In this document: positions 39,989 through 48,512 of the stretch, one piece after another
Position numbering within the stretch: the stretch's first letter is position 1
Layout: every line of letters starts with the position of its first letter
Assembly (NCBI GenBank): GCA_029856145.1
Contig: JAHQWK010000002.1
Coordinates: 64,001 to 128,000, forward strand
Source of the DNA: Promethearchaeia archaeon
Lineage (GTDB): Archaea > Asgardarchaeota > Lokiarchaeia > Sigyniarchaeales > SOKP01
Length of the DNA: 64,000 nucleotides
Reading direction: 5' to 3'
Made by a program: the position numbers and the translations under genes
The notes under the pieces: model-generated
Database searches by the model: none
The model's input: only the letters and a program-made list of their open reading frames with translations
Told to the model about the DNA's origin: nothing

Positions 39989-40435
39989 ATGACGATAGAA
40001 GGTTGGATTCATCCTGTCCATACAGAATTCGAGGCTCGGAAATTAGTAGATTTCATTAGGAATCATAAGTCATTGAGAGTTATAATGCATGTTGCTATAC
40101 TTAATGGTACGTTGGAGACGCGAGATAGGCGAAGAGTAGGTCAAGAAAACAAGAGAACTTTGTTAATAATGTATAATTCTTTAGGAGAACGAGAATTTTT
40201 AGAAGATATGAGAAATGACTTAAATATCAGTATTGAATCTTTGTTTACTTTAGACGATTTAAAAGATATAGATAAAGAATATATAGGGGATGGTGTAGAT
40301 ATTGAAGATGAAGATGCCGTTGTGTGGAAGATTAGGAATGTCGATTATATAGACTGGGAGGACTATTATGATTATGATAAGGATAAAGTTATTTCTGATT
40401 TTTTTCACGGTAAAGAAATTATCACTATTTCATGA
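39989..40435 (+). CDS. Hypothetical acidic protein
   Basis: 148-aa ORF with ATG. Confidence 0.6.
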   Translation: MTIEGWIHPVHTEFEARKLVDFIRNHKSLRVIMHVAILNGTLETRDRRRVGQENKRTLLIMYNSLGEREFLEDMRNDLNISIESLFTLDDLKDIDKEYIGDGVDIEDEDAVVWKIRNVDYIDWEDYYDYDKDKVISDFFHGKEIITIS

Positions 40436-40536
40436 GTAAGCGTTCTAGGACAATTTTTAGATTAATGTCCGTTTTTCTCCTATAATTCTTCAATACCCCT
40501 TGCCAACAAAACAGTTAGTAGAATCTTATAAGTGTT

Positions 40537-41835
40537 TTATAGGAGGACCTTTAAAGAAAACTCCTTAATTTCTCCAATTTGGTTTTGATCTGGATCTTTA
40601 AAAGTCGTTTTTATCTTAATAGAGTAATCTCCTGCTTCTATTGGTTTAAGACTAATTTCCCATTTCATATTTTCATTTGTTCGAAGTGAATATATTTGTT
40701 TTTTTAATGTCCCTCTCATTACTTTAAGATTTTCAGGAAAATCTATTTCTATGTTAAGATCTAAGGCTTCACCCTTACTTTTATTTTCAATAAGGATTTC
40801 TAAAGGGAAAGATTTGCCAATTAAAGGAGGTCTCAAATTTTTTATAGAGATATCTAATGTGGGAGGGGGAGATATTAGGGTTGGATATAATAATTCAGAA
40901 TATTCATAGAAAAATTTCAAATTCCCATTTAATTCTGAAGTTAATAAGATTGGACCAATAGTGGGATTTTCCATTTGAAAATGTGGCTTAATTAGTAGAT
41001 TTATTTGACACGTCTGACCCGGTGTTATAGTAATAGGTAATTCTGGTTTTTTATGAAATGTAAAATTATCAGTAAGTTGGATGCCAATTTTCATAATTTT
41101 TAATTCCTTTAAGTTATAATTGTAAAAAGAGTTTTCTGTAATATCTAATAGAGGCTTTGTATCAATATTCATTGTTAGATTTATGACATCGTTAGTTGTA
41201 TATATTTTTTTATCCAAAGTCAATTTAACGATTAATGAAACAATTGTTTTAGCTATTACTAAGGCTGATTTTGCTAGATTTATTTCTCCCTCATAAAATT
41301 TCGAATTTTCAAAATCCTTTTCAATTTTTTTAATATATTTCTCTTTTTTATCTTTAGTAGCAACAGTTAAATCCTTAACTAACTTAATTAAAGCACTCTC
41401 TTTAAAATAGCTATCATCTACAAAACTTCTAATTTTTTTAACAATATTTAATCCTTCTTCTTGCTTTCCTTCAACAAATAAACATAAATAAGATAAACTT
41501 GAAAACACTACGAAAAGTTGATTTATATCTGAAGAATTGCGTAAACTAGGGATATAATTAAGAGATTCCTTGAAGAATTGATAAGCTTCAGAAAAATTAT
41601 TATTAAGAAGAGAGGCATTTCCAGCATTCCTTAAAAATTCTAAACCCCTTAGATATTTATCCTCATGAATAGCACTCTTAGCAGCATTAAAAAAACATTC
41701 CTTAGCAATTTCATAATTCCCTAACTTTAAGAAAATATTTCCAACAGTATTATATGATTTCGCAGCTCGTTTATATTGCATTGCTTTATAAAGTTGCTCC
41801 GCTTTCTTTAATTGTTTTTCAGGATCTTTTCCCAT
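40537..41835 (-). CDS. TPR/alpha-SNAP-like solenoid plus two Ig-like beta-sandwich domains
   Basis: Helical repeats (AEQLY..Y..AA..Y..G), then beta-rich domains (IGKSFPLEILIEN..L..NE..WEISLKP.EAGDY). Confidence 0.65.
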   Translation of the reverse strand: MGKDPEKQLKKAEQLYKAMQYKRAAKSYNTVGNIFLKLGNYEIAKECFFNAAKSAIHEDKYLRGLEFLRNAGNASLLNNNFSEAYQFFKESLNYIPSLRNSSDINQLFVVFSSLSYLCLFVEGKQEEGLNIVKKIRSFVDDSYFKESALIKLVKDLTVATKDKKEKYIKKIEKDFENSKFYEGEINLAKSALVIAKTIVSLIVKLTLDKKIYTTNDVINLTMNIDTKPLLDITENSFYNYNLKELKIMKIGIQLTDNFTFHKKPELPITITPGQTCQINLLIKPHFQMENPTIGPILLTSELNGNLKFFYEYSELLYPTLISPPPTLDISIKNLRPPLIGKSFPLEILIENKSKGEALDLNIEIDFPENLKVMRGTLKKQIYSLRTNENMKWEISLKPIEAGDYSIKIKTTFKDPDQNQIGEIKEFSLKVLL

Positions 41836-41932
41836 CTAAAACTCACTTCAGTAAAAATTATTAATAAATAAGAAAAGAATTTGTAAAATAAAAAGTTAAA
41901 AGAAAGACAGAAAATTTTTAAACAAATTTAAA

Positions 41933-41983
41933 AATATTAATTTCCGAAACCTTCACAAGGTTAGTCCCAATTCAACTAAAATT
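41933..41983 (-). ncRNA. Candidate SECIS element (3' UTR of hdrA-vhuD)
   Basis: Hand fold: AAUUUUAGUU GAA UUGGGAC [UAACCUUGUGAAG] GUUUCGG A AAUUAAUAUU, i.e. lower stem, GAA/A internal loop, 7-bp upper stem rich in G-U pairs; starts 17 nt after the vhuD stop. Confidence 0.5.
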
Positions 41984-42000
41984 TATTTGAAAAGATCATT

Positions 42001-42471
42001 CTATTCGGTTTTCGACTTTTTTGATTCTTTCTCCTCTTTCTTAGAAGGATTAGAATCTTTTAATGGATTGCTGCCCAAATTTTTAATTGTCTCTGAAATA
42101 CGAGTTGCTTCACTTTGAAATTTTACGCCTTCAGCGGCACTGCAGTGAAACATTTGAATTCTTTCTGGTGAAATTCCTACTGTTTTTAAAATTTCTTTTG
42201 CATAACTAACATTCCTTTCGGCGACCAAATTACCTGTTTCATAATCACATTCACCTTTGTATCAAGCACCAATGGCAATTCCATCAGCACCTTTACCTAT
42301 TGCACGCATCATTAAAGATGGGGTGACTCTTCCTGAACAATTAATTCTAACGGGTCTTAATGTAGCAGGATATTGAGCTCTAATCGTTCCAGCCATATCT
42401 CCTGCTCCATATCCTCATTTCCAACAAAGGAATGCTAAAATCTTTATATCTCCATTTGATGTCTCGCTCAT
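42001..42471 (-). CDS. vhuD: Selenocysteine-containing MvhD/VhuD hydrogenase delta subunit (156 aa; U19, U70)
   Basis: MSETSNGDIKILAFLCWK-U-GYGAGD..RINCSGRV..GADGIAIGA-U-YKGECDY. TGA at 42415-42417 and 42262-42264 replace conserved Cys; terminal stop is TAG. Confidence 0.92.
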
Positions 42472-42484
42472 AAATTTCACCTCT

Positions 42485-44464
42485 CTATACCTCTTCTAAA
42501 ATTGCGTCTATTTGTTTTTCATATTGTGGTTCTCTATAATATCTAAGGGTTATGGCTTCTGAAGGACAATTAGCCAAACAACTCCCACATCCTCTGCATA
42601 ATATCTCATTAACTTCCGCTCCATCGTCTTTTAGACTTATAGCATCATATGGGCAATTTAACTCACATAATCCACATTTTGCACATCGTTCTTTCTCAAC
42701 AGATGCTCGGATCAGTAAAATCCGATATTTATCTTTGCCCATAAGTCTGGCAAGTGAAGATGCTGCTGCTCTACCGTGAGCTATAGACTCAGCTATAGAT
42801 TTTGGACCTTGACTAACTCCTGCAAGTACGATTCCTGGAATTTTTGTATCTATAGGATTTAATCTAGCATGAAATTCTTTAAAGAAGCCATCTTGACTAG
42901 TTTCTAATTTAAGTATCTTTTCAATTTTATTAACCCCAGTAGCAGGAACCATCGATGCTGAAAGTATGACTAGATCAAATTCTAATTCCTTTAAACCACC
43001 AGATCCTAATGTATTTTGCATGATTATTTTTAGATTATGTGTTTTTGGATCTTCCTTAATCCTGCTAATATTTGTTCTTATATATTTAATACCTTCTTTT
43101 CTTGAGAGTGTGAAGTATTCTTCATAATCTTTTCCCGCAGCCCGCATATCCATGTAAGCAACTGAAATAGCCGCCTCTGGATAATGCTCTTTAATTAATT
43201 TACTGTTTTTTATAGAAATCATACAACATACTCCAGAACTACAATAAGTATTCATGTTTAAATCTCTTGAACCAACACATTGAATGAATAATATTCTCTT
43301 TGGTTCTTTTCCATCCGAAGGTCTGACTAAATGTCCTATTGTGGGTCCATTTGGAGCTAGCATTCTTTCAAGTTTCAATTGCGTTATTACGTTGGGATAT
43401 TTATTATAGCCTAAATATCCAGTTGGTGGTTCAAATTCATCCCACCCAGTTGCGACTGCAATTGAACCTACTTCTACTTCAACGATTTCATCTTTTTGAT
43501 CGAAATCAATAGCGTCTAGCTCACATGCACCTTTACACAATTCGCATTTGATACATCGTTCCATATCGATTTGAGCTAAAGAAGGAACTGCTTGAGCAAA
43601 TGAGGAATATATAGCCTTCCTTGGATCCATTCCCTCGTTGAATTCATTATATCCATATGCAGGACACACTTCAAAACATGCTCCACACCCGTTACAATCA
43701 TTTGTTACATACCGAGCTCTTTTTCTTATTTTTACAGTGAAATTCCCCACAAAACCAGAGACATCTTCAACTTCGCTATATGTATATAAATTTAGCCCCG
43801 GTGTTCTTGCTGATTGTAGCATTACGGGTCCTAATATTCATATACTACAATCATCTGTAGGAAATGTACGATCTAGTTTAGCCATTTTACCCCCTATTGT
43901 AGGACTCGTTTCTACAAGATGTACCTCAAATCCTTCTTCAGCAAGATCAATCCCTGCTGATAATCCTGCAACACCACCACCTACAATTAAAGCCTTTTTT
44001 GTGATATCAACTTCTTTAACTAATATTTTTTCTAAAACAGAAGCTCTTGCCACAGCAGATCGGATTATATCTTCAGCAACTCTTTGGGCTCCAGGTTTGT
44101 CCTTTTTATGTACAAAACTAGAATGTTCCCGTATATTTGCAAATTCAAGATAAGATGGATCAAGTCCCATTGATTCTAACACACTTTTGAAAACTGGTTC
44201 GTGAGTTTTAGGAGTACAAGACACCATAACTAATCTATTTGAATTACTTTCAATCATTTTTTCTTTTATAAATTCTGCACCGGGTTCAGTACAAAGACTA
44301 ATATAATCTAAAGCTTCAACAACACCTGGAAGGGTTTTGGAAAATTCCGCTAATGCTTTTGTATCAATAATTTCAGCGATATTTATACCTCACTGGCAAA
44401 TAAATACAGCAATCCTTGGTGTTTCTTCGTCATATTGAACTGTTTCGTCTTTAGTTTCTACCAT
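42485..44464 (-). CDS. hdrA: Selenocysteine-containing heterodisulfide reductase subunit A (659 aa; U25, U209)
   Basis: One frame from ATG 44464: RIAVFICQ-U-GINIA (TGA 44390-44392) and DRTFPTDDCSI-U-ILGP (TGA 43838-43840). GGGVAG FAD motif, ferredoxin inserts, QCVGSRD; terminal stop is TAG. Confidence 0.93.
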
Positions 44465-44660
44465 TGCCTATTACCTTTCGATTTTTATTTAGTATTTTCC
44501 TCCAATTTATTTATCTTAATATCAATCTAAATACAAATGTTATAATCTAATTAAATAAATTTAAATCAAAAATGTTTCTTATATCTTTTATAATATTATT
44601 AGTTAAAAATCATTTTAATAATAAATTGAATTTTTAAAACCTAAAACGAATTTCAATATT

Positions 44661-45080
44661 ATGGTAATTCTTATGCTTTTTCAAATTCCTTCAATAGAAG
44701 AGATGATACCTATTATCATTGCTGTTTGTTTACTTCTTGGAGATATTTTAATTCTAAAGCTAGGTTTAGCAATAACCAAGGCTCAAGAAAAAACGGATTT
44801 TAAATGGGTTGCAGGCAGTTTTGGTATTCAATTTGGTGTAATTTTCTTTATTAGTACTCCAATGATTTTAGGTGGTTGGACAGGGCAATTAGCTGAGGGA
44901 CCACCAATTCTATTGATAATCCTTACAGTGATTTTCTGTGCATTTATAGATTTAAATATAATAAATATCCTTCATAAAGTCGGTATGGTAAGATCTCTTA
45001 TTATAGTGATATTGATCTTAGGTCCTATTACTTACGCTATGTCTCTTTTAGGCTCAAATTTAGGCGCACTTGTAGGATAG
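44661..45080 (+). CDS. Hypothetical 4-TM membrane protein
   Basis: Four hydrophobic helices. Confidence 0.75.
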   Translation: MVILMLFQIPSIEEMIPIIIAVCLLLGDILILKLGLAITKAQEKTDFKWVAGSFGIQFGVIFFISTPMILGGWTGQLAEGPPILLIILTVIFCAFIDLNIINILHKVGMVRSLIIVILILGPITYAMSLLGSNLGALVG

Positions 45081-45093
45081 AGTTGAAATTTTC

Positions 45094-46014
45094 CTAAATT
45101 CCTATCTCTGCATTGATACTTTTATTCATATCAATAATTTCATATCTAGCTGCTTTCCCAAATTCCTCTGGAGGATATTGTTTATTTTTATTATACGCAA
45201 AAATTATTCCTCTTGAAGAGTTTACAAGACCTCCTAAACCATTCTTATAAAAGCCATGTTTTATGTCCTTCGCTTGAGCTCCTTGAGCACCATAACCAGG
45301 AATTAAGATAAATGAATTTATAACAACTTCACGAATTTTTTTTAACTCTTGAGGATAGGTTGCTCCAACAACCGCACCTATATTAGTAAAATTAGAAAAT
45401 TTTTGTAAATCATTACTCCATTTATAGATTAATTCAGCCATTTGGAGATAATTTCTTTTTAAAATTTGTGCTTTAACCTCAAATTGTGTTATTTCTTGAG
45501 ATATATTTTCCAGTTTTATGCTAAATATGTCTTGAAATTCCTTACTACTTGGATTTGAAGTCTTTACAAGTATAAACACGCCTTTTTCTTTATAATCCAA
45601 AAAAGGCTTAACCCCATCAAATCCTAAATATCCATTTATCGTACATGCATCAGCTTTAAAATTTTTAAATAAGCTATAAGCATATGCTTCAGAAGTACTT
45701 CCAATATCATTTCGCTTTGCATCTAATATTACTAATAAATCATTTTTATGAGCAAATTTTATAGTTTCCTTTAATGCACCCAAAGCTTCATATTTTTCAT
45801 AAAAAGCTATTTGGGGTTTAACAACAGGGATTAATTCATATGTATTTTCAATTAAAATTTTATTAAATTCAGTAATAATCTTATTTGGCTCTTTTAATTC
45901 TTCGATTAGATATTGAGGAATTTCTCCTTCATTATCCATTCTGGGATCAAGCCCCATAGAGACAACAGACTTTTTCTCTTTTATAAGTTGAATTAAATCC
46001 TCTATAAAATTCAT
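45094..46014 (-). CDS. pyrF: Orotidine-5'-phosphate decarboxylase
   Basis: GLDP, KPQIAFYE, DAKRNDIGST, KTSNP, GAVVGAT, PGYGAQG, NSSR. Confidence 0.95.
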   Translation of the reverse strand: MNFIEDLIQLIKEKKSVVSMGLDPRMDNEGEIPQYLIEELKEPNKIITEFNKILIENTYELIPVVKPQIAFYEKYEALGALKETIKFAHKNDLLVILDAKRNDIGSTSEAYAYSLFKNFKADACTINGYLGFDGVKPFLDYKEKGVFILVKTSNPSSKEFQDIFSIKLENISQEITQFEVKAQILKRNYLQMAELIYKWSNDLQKFSNFTNIGAVVGATYPQELKKIREVVINSFILIPGYGAQGAQAKDIKHGFYKNGLGGLVNSSRGIIFAYNKNKQYPPEEFGKAARYEIIDMNKSINAEIGI

Positions 46015-46075
46015 GATTTACCAAGCTTTATTTTGTGTTTTTTAATTAATAAGCAATACATTTAGTAATTGTTGG

Positions 46076-46105
46076 CAATGAATGATCCAAATTTTAGAAA
46101 TTTTT
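46076..46105 (+). repeat. Direct repeat copy 1 (30-bp exact core of a ~85-bp imperfect repeat)
   Basis: CAATGAATGATCCAAATTTTAGAAATTTTT, identical at 48355-48384. Confidence 0.9.
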
Positions 46106-46655
46106 GGCAATAATGGACTCATTTCCAATTTTACTTTTAATCTGCTTGTTATATGAATAATTTTTTAAGAATTTGAATTTGATGTTTTCTTTTCTTTAAA
46201 TTCTTTACTCTCAATATCCAATTCAATAAAGGAGTTAAATTAGAAATTGAGGAAAATTAAAATCTCGATTTGAAACCTTATTATCAAACCTTTTTCATTT
46301 TTCTTTATTAAATTTCCTTTTCTATCAATTTCACTTTTACAATAACCACAAGTCCAACCGCCCCACACAACTTGTTTAAACTAGTTGCCCATCTAAAAAA
46401 TGGCAAGGGATTTTTGCAAACTGGACAGTTTACCATATTATCATTACAAATAGAAACTATAAAAATCTTTGTGAAAAAGAAAAAAGTGCCCATCTTCTTT
46501 TTTAGAATAAAAGAAGCAAAAAATAGGCGACTCACAAACAGAAAAAATAGTACAACAATTTCTCAAATTGATTTGCCCGCCCTAAAGAGAATTTTTAACT
46601 CACGAGGAAACTTTTAGTTTCAGCTCGTGCCTCGCAATAAATTACTCGGTCTGGG

Positions 46656-46787
46656 AACAGCAGATTAAGAGGTAATTTCTTTTTGCTTCGCAAATCTACT
46701 TCGTGCAGACCAGAAATTAGCCCAAATTGTTTGCCTATTTTATTATTTAGGTACTGCAAACAACTTCTCTTAATCGCGATGTTAATT
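46656..46787. other. Branched inverted-repeat element, attC-like
   Basis: AAC-AGCA-GATTAAGAG ... CTCTTAATC-GCGAT-GTTAATT; inner stems TAATTTCT/AGAAATTA and TTGTTTGC/GCAAACAA. Confidence 0.4.
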
Positions 46788-46829
46788 GCAATTCAGAAGT
46801 CGGCTTAATAAACAAAAATGGGCAAATTT

Positions 46830-47132
46830 TTAGATTAATTTGTCGAGCGTTTTGTATGTATGTTGAACAGCACTTTGTTCTAATGTTTCTCTAACACCTG
46901 TAACAATTGAAGCTCCTCTTTCAGCGTAATCTCCACTTGCACTTATTGTCGCTTGATATTTTCCCTCTCGTGTTACAGAATCAACTCTAAGTGTGCTTTC
47001 ACCATTATTCTGAGTTAAATGAAAATTAAATGGAACTTTTTTCCCAATCAATAATTTAAGGACAACGGGTGTAACCACAAAATGCAGCTCGTAAAAAACA
47101 TAAGCAAAAATCAAAGAAATGCTAAAATTCAA
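46830..47132 (-). CDS. Hypothetical protein or fragment
   Basis: TTG start; no recognisable motif. Confidence 0.35.
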   Translation of the reverse strand: MNFSISLIFAYVFYELHFVVTPVVLKLLIGKKVPFNFHLTQNNGESTLRVDSVTREGKYQATISASGDYAERGASIVTGVRETLEQSAVQHTYKTLDKLI

Positions 47133-47141
47133 AGTCCAAAT

Positions 47142-47744
47142 TTAGACCCTTAGTGAGCCACGGAACGCCCTAACGCCATAGAAAGAGGGCGCACTATTAT
47201 GATACACGAAGAAATGGCCGTAGCGGCGATCAACAAAGATGGCGCCGCCGAGTTTTCTAATATCAGAAGGTGTTTTCACCCAGCTCGACGTCTTCGTATC
47301 GAAATTTCCAAGTTTCTGCAACTCTCGATATTGTTTTTCCGTTAAAAGCTCAATGCCCATGGCAGCTGCCATATCAATAGTGTTACCTTTTGGATGCACC
47401 CCTCGCTTTTCCCTCGCCTCCTGCCCTTCACGGTCGTAACAAACATTTCTGCGGCCTTTAGGACTTTCCGTTGAACAATCATAAAAAATGTATTCACCCG
47501 TCTTTTTATCATGACCAACAACATCCGGTTCACCGCCAGTTCTTTCCATTTCATTGATTGACCACAGTTTTTCAGAATTAGCTTCCAGCTTTGCTTGTAC
47601 TTTAGCCCATTCAAGACCTTTATGGTGGTTCATATTTTTCTCAAAACGGGCTTTCAATGCTCTGAGTAGTTCTTCACGTTGTTCTGGTGAAAATTCTTTT
47701 TTGAATGCAGTAATTGATGGCTTGCGCATAATCATAGTATTCAT
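47142..47744 (-). CDS. DUF4256 family protein (bacterial type)
   Basis: LKARFEKNM.HH.GLEWAKVQ..LWS..EMERTGGEPDV..ESPKGRR..RKLGGA..D.RY..FVYHN; visibly more GC-rich than the flanks. Confidence 0.85.
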   Translation of the reverse strand: MNTMIMRKPSITAFKKEFSPEQREELLRALKARFEKNMNHHKGLEWAKVQAKLEANSEKLWSINEMERTGGEPDVVGHDKKTGEYIFYDCSTESPKGRRNVCYDREGQEAREKRGVHPKGNTIDMAAAMGIELLTEKQYRELQKLGNFDTKTSSWVKTPSDIRKLGGAIFVDRRYGHFFVYHNSAPSFYGVRAFRGSLRV

Positions 47745-47767
47745 TCTGAGTTTATAAAATTATCTAG

Positions 47768-47860
47768 GTAGGGAAGGACATTTTATGTCCTAATTGTGGT
47801 GAAAAATTAGAAAACAATCGACTTAATATCTGTTCTTACTGTGGTTCTAAAATCAATTAG
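47768..47860 (+). pseudogene. C-terminal Zn-ribbon remnant
   Basis: Start-less VGKDILCPNCGEKLENNRLNICSYCGSKIN*. Confidence 0.6.
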
Positions 47861-47992
47861 TTTTTAAGTTTTCTTTTGTTTGTTTTCTTTAAATAAGTAA
47901 GTTAGAAGATCGCTCCAATTTTTTATAACATATTCAGACCACTCACCCCGATGCAAAGCTTTTCGAATGCCATTCATTTCTTTATCTGTAGT

Positions 47993-48181
47993 TCAGTCTA
48001 TTTTATTTTTACTCTTCTTAAATTCTATTAATATTTTTATAGCATTTTCTAGTCCTCTCATACCTTCAAATTTATTTTTAGGTAATTCTGCTTCTCCAAA
48101 AATATATAAAAGTAGATCTTTAGCTATGTTTTTACAATAACTTCTATACTTAACACTTATAGTTGTTTTCCCATCAAACAG
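47993..48181 (-). pseudogene. Start-less gene fragment
   Basis: 62 open codons (LFDGKTTISVKYRSY...KNKID*) cut off where the ATTGCCA repeat array begins. Confidence 0.4.
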
Positions 48182-48354
48182 CTATCCATTGCCATTATTT
48201 TTTAATAAGATGATTGTCAAGAATTTCCAGAATTTTATAAGTAGGAATTGTCTATTGATAGATGTGAAAAATAATTATTGCCATTATTTTTCAAAATTTA
48301 CATCAGTTATTATGTATTTTAAATAATCTTGGTAATGCTCTTAATATTTATTGA

Positions 48355-48384
48355 CAATGAATGATCCAAATTTTAGAAATTTTT
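48355..48384 (+). repeat. Direct repeat copy 2
   Basis: Identical to 46076-46105. Confidence 0.9.
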
Positions 48385-48512
48385 AGCAATGATATATTAT
48401 TGTCAATTTTCTTTAATTTATAATAATGAAGAGACATATCTTATATTTTTTTGTAAAAAATAGTTATTATTTTAGTTAGAAAAATATTAGAATAAATAAG
48501 GTAAAGAAAATT

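Larger units (their letters stand above)
16123..40435. mobile_element. Accessory island or decayed integrated element (boundaries approximate)
   Basis: Truncated genes at both ends (16123-16642 and the fen fragment at 39537-39926). Dense hypotheticals, two HNH nucleases, a CoiA nuclease, RPA, XPD and TFB-like genes, internal gene remnants. No integrase or att repeat seen. Confidence 0.5.

Noticed and set aside
16047-40536. attL/attR repeats, tRNA target or integrase for the island
   Set aside because: Only an 8-bp TAGAATCT match near both edges, expected by chance in AT-rich DNA; no tRNA or recombinase motif recognised by eye.
42001-44464. hdrA/vhuD as pseudogenes or split genes
   Set aside because: All four interruptions are TGA at conserved Cys positions with no frameshifts, which fits selenocysteine.
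46308-46617. Overlapping 75- and 81-aa ORFs
   Set aside because: They overlap on opposite strands, have no recognisable motifs, and lie in non-coding-looking foreign DNA.
47883-47895. TTTTC TTTAAATA outside the island as a regulon member
   Set aside because: Shorter T-run and no downstream gene; recorded as evidence that the motif has some background frequency.
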